The position numbers were made by a program, and so were the translations under genes. The notes beneath the pieces are model-generated. The model was given only the letters and a program-made list of their open reading frames with translations, made no database searches and was not told the DNA's origin. DNA of 64,000 nucleotides from a virus (lineage: Duplodnaviria > Caudoviricetes), in the IMG/VR virus record IMGVR_UViG_3300031555_001469. The stretch is one strand, 5' to 3'. This document shows, one piece after another, positions 57,934 to 64,000 of this stretch; the first letter of the stretch is position 1; every line of letters starts with the position of its first letter.

Positions 57934-57960
57934 CCCCGTAAGAGATAATCTCTTACGGGG
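57934..57960. terminator. bidirectional terminator
   Basis: CCCCGTAAGAGA-taa-TCTCTTACGGGG between convergent genes. Confidence 0.8.
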
Positions 57961-57971
57961 ACAAATTTTGT

Positions 57972-58907
57972 TTACATAGAAGCCAATAAGTCTTCAACCT
58001 TTTCAACTGTCATAGATTCGATCTTAGTGGTATTGAGCATTTCTAAGAAAGTATACATAGTATCTGCATAAGATACAATCTTATCCATACTAACTTCACC
58101 ATTCTCAGAAAAATGTTCTTTTAACTGTTCATTCTTCAATGTACTCTTCAGCATAGATTCTACGATATGATGATAGAGATTCTTAGTACTGGAAGATCTG
58201 ATCTTGGCAATGCTACGCTTAGCTGCAATATTAGCAGCTTCTTCAACGTTAGCCTTATCTGCTTCTTTAGCATGATCGATCTTATCCTTAGCATCTCTAA
58301 GAATGTCTTCGATGTTCATCTTGTCGAGTCTGTTAGAAGTAACAAATTCACTTGCTGCACTACTTACTCTCATAGCAATAGTATCAGTGATGTTTTCCAT
58401 ATCGGAAGCCTTAAGGCTATCGAAAAACTCATCTCTGATCTGAGTAGATACTACGAAAGAATCAGGTTTGTTCTTATCACAATTTTCTAATGTCTTATCA
58501 CATGCCTTTTCAACAAGCATAGACATTTCAGAAAGTAAATAAGACTTAGTCTTCCAAGAAGATAAGATACGAGTAGCACCATTCTCCTTGATATAGTTAG
58601 CAATTAAGCTTCTCATGATAGGTTCTTCTTTCTTTAAATCATGAGATTCATTCATGCACTTAGAGAATATTTCATACATACATTCTCCAAGGAAAGATTC
58701 CTTAATACTACTGACAAATTCAGTGTACTGTCTGGCAATAACAGATCTATTAGCTCCGCTTTGTAAAAGAGTCTGAACAGTTTCATTGTAAGCTTCCTGC
58801 TCCAACTTTCTCTTCTTCTCTGCCTGGAGCTGATCTTTTTTGATCATATCATTATATGATTCCTGTATCTTTATAAAATCTTTTGGACTTATAAAAGGAT
58901 TCTTCAT
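57972..58907 (-). CDS. helical late protein, probable virion/head component
   Basis: AAGGAGG SD; late promoter at 58938-58949. Confidence 0.6.
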   Translation of the reverse strand: MKNPFISPKDFIKIQESYNDMIKKDQLQAEKKRKLEQEAYNETVQTLLQSGANRSVIARQYTEFVSSIKESFLGECMYEIFSKCMNESHDLKKEEPIMRSLIANYIKENGATRILSSWKTKSYLLSEMSMLVEKACDKTLENCDKNKPDSFVVSTQIRDEFFDSLKASDMENITDTIAMRVSSAASEFVTSNRLDKMNIEDILRDAKDKIDHAKEADKANVEEAANIAAKRSIAKIRSSSTKNLYHHIVESMLKSTLKNEQLKEHFSENGEVSMDKIVSYADTMYTFLEMLNTTKIESMTVEKVEDLLASM

Positions 58908-58952
58908 ATAGATTAAACCTCCTTAGCTTAATTTAATTACTCTTATGTTTCC

Positions 58953-61900
58953 CTAATCAGTGACAATCTCAATACTAGGGTTACCATAAGAATCGGTAGT
59001 TATATTTAAGAACTCAGGAACAATATGGTTCGAATCTATTTCAGGTCTATAGAAATGCTGAATACCAGGTCCGTATCCGTTACAATCTAAGAACTCAAAG
59101 TAATTCAATTGCTCCCTATACTTATTAGTGATTGTAGTAATAAGATTAGGAATATGAAGATCTGTAATATCATTAATATCTTCCATGTATTCCTTAATAT
59201 TATTGACAATATCATTCATGATAGTCTTATCACTGTTTGTAACAGTAGATATTCTAAATTTCATAGAAAGATTTACACTATTAAGTCTTCTATTTTCTCC
59301 TACATAGAAAAGATTTGTAGGGCCATACGTATTAAAGAATTTGAAATCGATTCCGAAGGAGTCTTCAAGAATATCTAAACAATATTCCATATAGATTCTT
59401 CTTCTCTCAATCTGTTCAATAATAGTATCAAGTACTGTACTATCTTCTACATATGATGCTTTAATCAATGGAACTTTCTTTACCGTATAGTAAATTTCTC
59501 CATCTTCTTCAGACAATGAGATCGGACAGTACGTAAGATTGGAATAGTTGTTAAATACATCTAAACCTTTTGTTACTTTATAATTGTTACAGAGTGTATA
59601 CTTATCCACACCAGGGAAAAGCTTATAAATACTTGCATTACTTGTCTTATCTGGGGTTGTATTAAACTCAGCAAAGATATAAATAGTGGCAGAGATATTA
59701 CTCTCTAAATCACCATAAGTATCTACACCAGATCCTACATCCTTAAGACCAGTTACACGAAGTTTATTAGCATCGGTAAAGATATCATTTGTATACATTG
59801 TAAAGGTATATCTAAACGAAGCATCTTCTTCATCATAAGAATCAAACTTACCTTCAAGATAACCTATATTAGCACCTTCGCTATTAGCAAGCATAACGAA
59901 AGGTTTTATCTTAGCGTCTATTACAGTTCCATTTTCATCAGTTACTAATAATCCAGCATCTTTAGCTATATTTTGAACCATGTCAATGGAAAGTGTATAA
60001 GAACTAGTGCCTCCTATCTTAGTATTTCTAACCCATTCAATATAAGATGAAATAAACTGAATATCAGAGCTCTGGTTAATATAAGAGAACTCAAGATACT
60101 TAGTTGCATTGATATTGGTCAGGAAAGTGGAAGCATATAATGGGTTTCTATCAATTAACGTTAAGAACGGTGTTGTATAGACAAAATAACCCTTATCTTC
60201 TGCATACATGTCTAAGCTATAAATATATTTCTCTACAGCATCAGCATAGTCAGAAGTATCAAAGTATTCTTCTAATGTGAATACGTACTGAATTACTAAA
60301 CCAGCATATATATCTGTCTCATAGAACTGATCGAGACTAAATACATATGAGGTTAAGAGTGTATTATATTCACCAGTTGTTTTATAATTATCCAGTGGGA
60401 AATCAGTTTCTTCTAAACCGTTTTCTATAAGATAATTACTATAAGCATTATTTACAATTTCAGAATCTGTATTTAAAGATTCTTCAGAAGCAAATAAGCC
60501 ATTATTTGTTAAATAAGATTCATATTCCGAAGCTAATATTGTAGATTCTTTAAAATCTTCTTCTGTAGCAAATAATGTTTTTGAAGTAATATAAGTTTCA
60601 TATAAATACGAAACACTTTCAGATGCCTTAAATTCATCTTCTGTAAAATACAGTAATCTAGGGCATCTCCAAGCTCTATACTTTTCACTGAAGTGATCAG
60701 TAGCCTGATAGTCTTCGTCTGTTATAGACGATAAACCATTCTTAAGCATATAATCTTCTTTAGCATAAGTATAGAATGTTGTGGTTAAATATATATCTTT
60801 AGATGTTTCAGCATTATGCGCTTCAATGTATGCAGTAACACCAGCATTTAATTCAGCATCGGTACTAGGTACACAATATGAAGAACCCCACATACCGGTT
60901 TCAAAATCGGATGGTGGTAAGTAAAACTTAGAGCCAGGTTCTATGATCATATTGTCATAGTCTGGATATGTCAGAGTATCAGACTGCTTAACTCTGATAT
61001 CAAGAGTATTGGTTGGAATGATTACATCATTATCATCTTTTAATAAGAGATAAGAGTAGTATAATCTTTCAACCTGATTATCTCTTTTCTTATAGAAGAA
61101 AATCTTATCTGTATCGGTATCGATAGAGTTGAAGAAATTCTCTAAGTCTGTTGTATTAATGATAGATCCTCTAGAAGAAGATTCCTTAGGAATAATCTTT
61201 CTGATATCATCAACAGATTTCTTATCAATACCATACATCGCATCAGATGTAGGTTTAATAAGCATATACATTCCATTGTAATCGTATTTTTCAGACTGTA
61301 AGTCGATCTGAACTTCATCTTTGTAAGTGAAGTTACCTTTATCCCCCTGACAAGTCTTGATATGAACAGTTACATCACAGTTGATAACTGGTTCATATGA
61401 ATCGGAATTGAATTTAACTCTGATAGTATTTGCATTAAGGAAAGTATAATTACAATACTCCTTAGTCTGACCAACATCATAAACATTTAATCCGTCATAT
61501 ACTGGAGTTAAATAATGAGTCTCATCACCCTCGACACACTCTATATAGAAGTCAGCCATCTGACCATCATAAGAGAATGTAAGAGTCTTATTTTCGATTA
61601 CGTTATCTGTAAGAATTTTTTTATACACAGTATTATGCTCTACCTGTCTAAGAGTTACGGTTAATACTACAAGATTAGATGTAGCATCACCCTTTACTAT
61701 AGCAATAGGTGGAAGATAAGGATTTGTGATATCAGATAACGGGTTTTCTAAATTGATATTATACATTGCAGAATAGGTGTATCCGACTGCAAGGTTCTTC
61801 CTAGTGATTATGATATCATAATCAGTATGGAATTCATAATCTCCTATATAGATAGGAACGTCTTTATCGAAAACAAATCTATTGTTTTTCATTAAACTTA

Positions 61901-62219
61901 CTAAAGACTTTTCTGGTAAACACATTAAGACTTGCATTGTAGAAGGTGTAGCAAAAATATTTGTAATACCTAAAGACAATGCATGTGTAATTATATTCTT
62001 TTCAAACTTAGCTTTTGTAGGTATAGCTTCATTTGAATATTCAGATGCTCTTATAGCAGTATCCTGCAATAAGTTAGCAAATAAACTTCCCATATAACCA
62101 AAGAGACCCATTGCTAAAGTTTCATCAGAAGTTCCTTCGATAAACTTAGACTTTAGGCTATTGGTAAATTCGGTGAGTTCATAGATATCTGTGCTTATAT
62201 TATTCGTTGTCGTCGCCAT
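58953..62219 (-). CDS. baseplate wedge-like protein
   Basis: N-terminal GLFGYMG...SNEAIPTKAKFEKNIITHA; CQGDKGN...GID...IRK...RGSI..TTDLENFF pattern resembling gp6/J-type wedge proteins. Confidence 0.65.
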   Translation of the reverse strand: MATTTNNISTDIYELTEFTNSLKSKFIEGTSDETLAMGLFGYMGSLFANLLQDTAIRASEYSNEAIPTKAKFEKNIITHALSLGITNIFATPSTMQVLMCLPEKSLVSLMKNNRFVFDKDVPIYIGDYEFHTDYDIIITRKNLAVGYTYSAMYNINLENPLSDITNPYLPPIAIVKGDATSNLVVLTVTLRQVEHNTVYKKILTDNVIENKTLTFSYDGQMADFYIECVEGDETHYLTPVYDGLNVYDVGQTKEYCNYTFLNANTIRVKFNSDSYEPVINCDVTVHIKTCQGDKGNFTYKDEVQIDLQSEKYDYNGMYMLIKPTSDAMYGIDKKSVDDIRKIIPKESSSRGSIINTTDLENFFNSIDTDTDKIFFYKKRDNQVERLYYSYLLLKDDNDVIIPTNTLDIRVKQSDTLTYPDYDNMIIEPGSKFYLPPSDFETGMWGSSYCVPSTDAELNAGVTAYIEAHNAETSKDIYLTTTFYTYAKEDYMLKNGLSSITDEDYQATDHFSEKYRAWRCPRLLYFTEDEFKASESVSYLYETYITSKTLFATEEDFKESTILASEYESYLTNNGLFASEESLNTDSEIVNNAYSNYLIENGLEETDFPLDNYKTTGEYNTLLTSYVFSLDQFYETDIYAGLVIQYVFTLEEYFDTSDYADAVEKYIYSLDMYAEDKGYFVYTTPFLTLIDRNPLYASTFLTNINATKYLEFSYINQSSDIQFISSYIEWVRNTKIGGTSSYTLSIDMVQNIAKDAGLLVTDENGTVIDAKIKPFVMLANSEGANIGYLEGKFDSYDEEDASFRYTFTMYTNDIFTDANKLRVTGLKDVGSGVDTYGDLESNISATIYIFAEFNTTPDKTSNASIYKLFPGVDKYTLCNNYKVTKGLDVFNNYSNLTYCPISLSEEDGEIYYTVKKVPLIKASYVEDSTVLDTIIEQIERRRIYMEYCLDILEDSFGIDFKFFNTYGPTNLFYVGENRRLNSVNLSMKFRISTVTNSDKTIMNDIVNNIKEYMEDINDITDLHIPNLITTITNKYREQLNYFEFLDCNGYGPGIQHFYRPEIDSNHIVPEFLNITTDSYGNPSIEIVTD

Positions 62220-63387
62220 CTTTCTTTACCCACTTTCTCCATTTTAATTTCCATGGCATCTTTTTATACATGCCACTTATTTTCTCTGTGTCATAGCCGA
62301 TATAAGGCATAACTGGCCATTCACCTTCAACAACATCATATGTCTTATTATACACTGGTAGTGTATTACTCTTTTTAGCACCTACGACTCTATTAAAGTC
62401 TGCTAATATATCAGGATTCATATCCTCTACAAAAGCGCATTTAAAGCTTACAGAGAATTTAATGTCTCCTGGTTCTAAAGTTGAAAAACTATCTCTTGGT
62501 ACGCTGGTCGGATATACACCAGTTAACTTAGCCCAATAGAGTATAGTCTCTCCATCATCAGCAACTATAAATTTATATATAGCCATCTGGTCATGGAGTA
62601 TTTTGTTTGTGATATAACTATCATCTGGTGGTGTAATATCACCATTAAATTTTTTTCTCTCATATTCATCATACAATTTAAATAACATGTACACATCTAA
62701 ATTTTTAGTATCTTTGAACTCAAGAGAAAAGTCAAAGTCTGTATCGCTTTTAATCGAATTACCTCTATAGGTAATTACAGATCCATAGATATTTCTTGCA
62801 GTTTCAATTGTATCTGCAGATATACCTGGTAAGTCTAAACTAGAAGATACCGTATTGGACAGGATCTTCATAAATGGACTCTTTGTTGCTGAAGCTTGTA
62901 ATTGTTTAAGTACAGATGGATACCTTTTCTTAGCATCAGTAAATATAGTCATAGCAGCGTATGTTTCTTTTACTGGCTCTAACTTTTCTTTACCAGCTTT
63001 ATCTTTAACAAATCTGTACTCTTGGTCTGATTCTACAGAACCACCACCAAGTTCAGGATTTAATTTTGATAAATTCTTATCTTTAAATATATGCAAATCT
63101 GGTTTTACAAAAAACAAATACTCTCTGCAACCTGTAAGAGTATTGTATGGGTCGAAATATCCGAATCTATTAAATCTATCGAATAATCGAATTTCACTCT
63201 TTTTGTAGAAGTTATTACCCCTCATAAGAGCATTAATTCCTTTGGAAGTTTCAAGACTTCCAAAATTATCTTTTTCATATTTTAATGCTTCTTCCTTAGT
63301 CATAAGTACTCCTTTCTTTAACTTTTTAGCTTTTGTAGAAGACTTCTTAGATAGTGTTTGTATAGCTTTAATATTGGTTTTAGCCAT
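62200..63387 (-). CDS. virion structural protein (tail-tube/baseplate-like fold)
   Basis: YLFFVKPDL, SLDLPG, FSLEFKD, LTGVYPTSVP, FSVSF; late promoter at 63415-63426. Confidence 0.55.
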   Translation of the reverse strand: MAKTNIKAIQTLSKKSSTKAKKLKKGVLMTKEEALKYEKDNFGSLETSKGINALMRGNNFYKKSEIRLFDRFNRFGYFDPYNTLTGCREYLFFVKPDLHIFKDKNLSKLNPELGGGSVESDQEYRFVKDKAGKEKLEPVKETYAAMTIFTDAKKRYPSVLKQLQASATKSPFMKILSNTVSSSLDLPGISADTIETARNIYGSVITYRGNSIKSDTDFDFSLEFKDTKNLDVYMLFKLYDEYERKKFNGDITPPDDSYITNKILHDQMAIYKFIVADDGETILYWAKLTGVYPTSVPRDSFSTLEPGDIKFSVSFKCAFVEDMNPDILADFNRVVGAKKSNTLPVYNKTYDVVEGEWPVMPYIGYDTEKISGMYKKMPWKLKWRKWVKKDGDDNE

Positions 63388-63452
63388 AGTACCTAATCGC
63401 CTCCCTTCTTGATTTACTCTAATGTTTTCGGGGCCAAAATCTATTAAGATTA

Positions 63453-63467
63453 TATACTATATTTATG
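63453..63467 (+). promoter_or_regulatory. early-type promoter variant
   Basis: TATACTAT-attta-TG. Confidence 0.55.
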
Positions 63468-63474
63468 ATTATAG

Positions 63475-63810
63475 AAATAAAGGTAACCATTTTTAAAGCT
63501 TAAACATTCCGAATCTATCTGCTATCCAACTTACTAATTTTAATTACTATAATTTAAATAGCGGGGGTAGATAGGAATGAGAAATATTAAAAATGGAGAT
63601 TATTGTGGATTGTCTGGATTTATCACAGGAATGATGTTTGATGATATGAGAAAGGAAAACAGCAGACCAGTTGTAGTTGAGGAACCTAAGACGATCAATG
63701 TAACTATAAATATCAACCTGAACAAAGATGAAAATTTTAGCTATAAGAGTCTAATTAAATCTATTGTGGACAGTTTAAGTTAAAATCTTTAACAGTGGTA
63801 ACCTTTATTT
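63475..63810 (+). repeat. 24-bp imperfect inverted repeat flanking a small gene
   Basis: AAATAAAGGTAACCATTTTTAAAG (63475-63498) versus CTTTAACAGTGGTAACCTTTATTT (63787-63810). Confidence 0.75.
63577..63783 (+). CDS. small hypothetical protein
   Basis: 68 aa; GGGGG SD-like element. Confidence 0.6.
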   Translation: MRNIKNGDYCGLSGFITGMMFDDMRKENSRPVVVEEPKTINVTININLNKDENFSYKSLIKSIVDSLS

Positions 63811-63856
63811 TTTCCCAACATACAAGTAAAATTTAAGAAAAGGAGGTATTACTACA

Positions 63857-64000
63857 ATGCCAAATTGTGAAAGAATACATGAAACAGTAATCAGAGATAT
63901 TGTAGATATCATCACTGATATTAAAGATACCGATGAAGTTGACTTTTTCAAGACAAAAAGAAACAATTTGAATTACAGTTCTATTGCAAGCGGAAGTAGC
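63857..64000 (+). CDS. late protein, N-terminal fragment (runs off the window)
   Basis: AAGGAGG SD; late promoter at 63817-63828; MPNCERIHETVIRDIVDIITD... Confidence 0.7.
   Translation, partial: MPNCERIHETVIRDIVDIITDIKDTDEVDFFKTKRNNLNYSSIASGSS

Noticed and set aside
1-64000. Stop-codon reassignment as in some gut jumbo phages
   Set aside because: Long ORFs are intact under code 11, and TAA, TAG and TGA all terminate genes at sensible positions

Overview
AT-rich, gene-dense 64 kb segment of a jumbo myophage of the phiKZ/AR9(PBS1)-related type. The strong AGGAGG Shine-Dalgarno sites suggest a Firmicutes host, and the genetic code is standard. It encodes three subunits of multisubunit phage RNA polymerases: beta'-N with the DFDGD motif, beta'-C, and a 1571-aa beta. 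Virion genes include tail fibre/depolymerases, a 3443-aa tape-measure-like protein with peptidase and lysozyme-like domains, and baseplate-like proteins. Other recognisable products are ThyX, RNase H, RusA, a kinase, a sigma70-like protein and several nucleotide/ADP-ribose enzymes (PARG, two Nudix, MazG, two SLOG). Two promoter classes can be read from intergenic DNA: early-type TATATTAT-N5-TG (13 sites) and late-type (A/C/G)AC(A/T)-N6-TA (about 26 sites). The promoter map points to an unannotated RNA layer: (i) a ~610-nt ORF-free, multi-hairpin transcript at 24787-25395 (-); (ii) three dispersed copies of a covarying structured 5' leader/cassette in front of unrelated early genes (15.5, 40.8, 43.3 kb); (iii) two late-promoter small-RNA candidates carrying the antisense of an SD+ATG (10.6, 27.3 kb); (iv) a 116-nt rod-shaped RNA (8.7 kb); (v) a fold-back mRNA (63.5 kb). 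All protein calls come from motif recognition by eye; no database searches were run.
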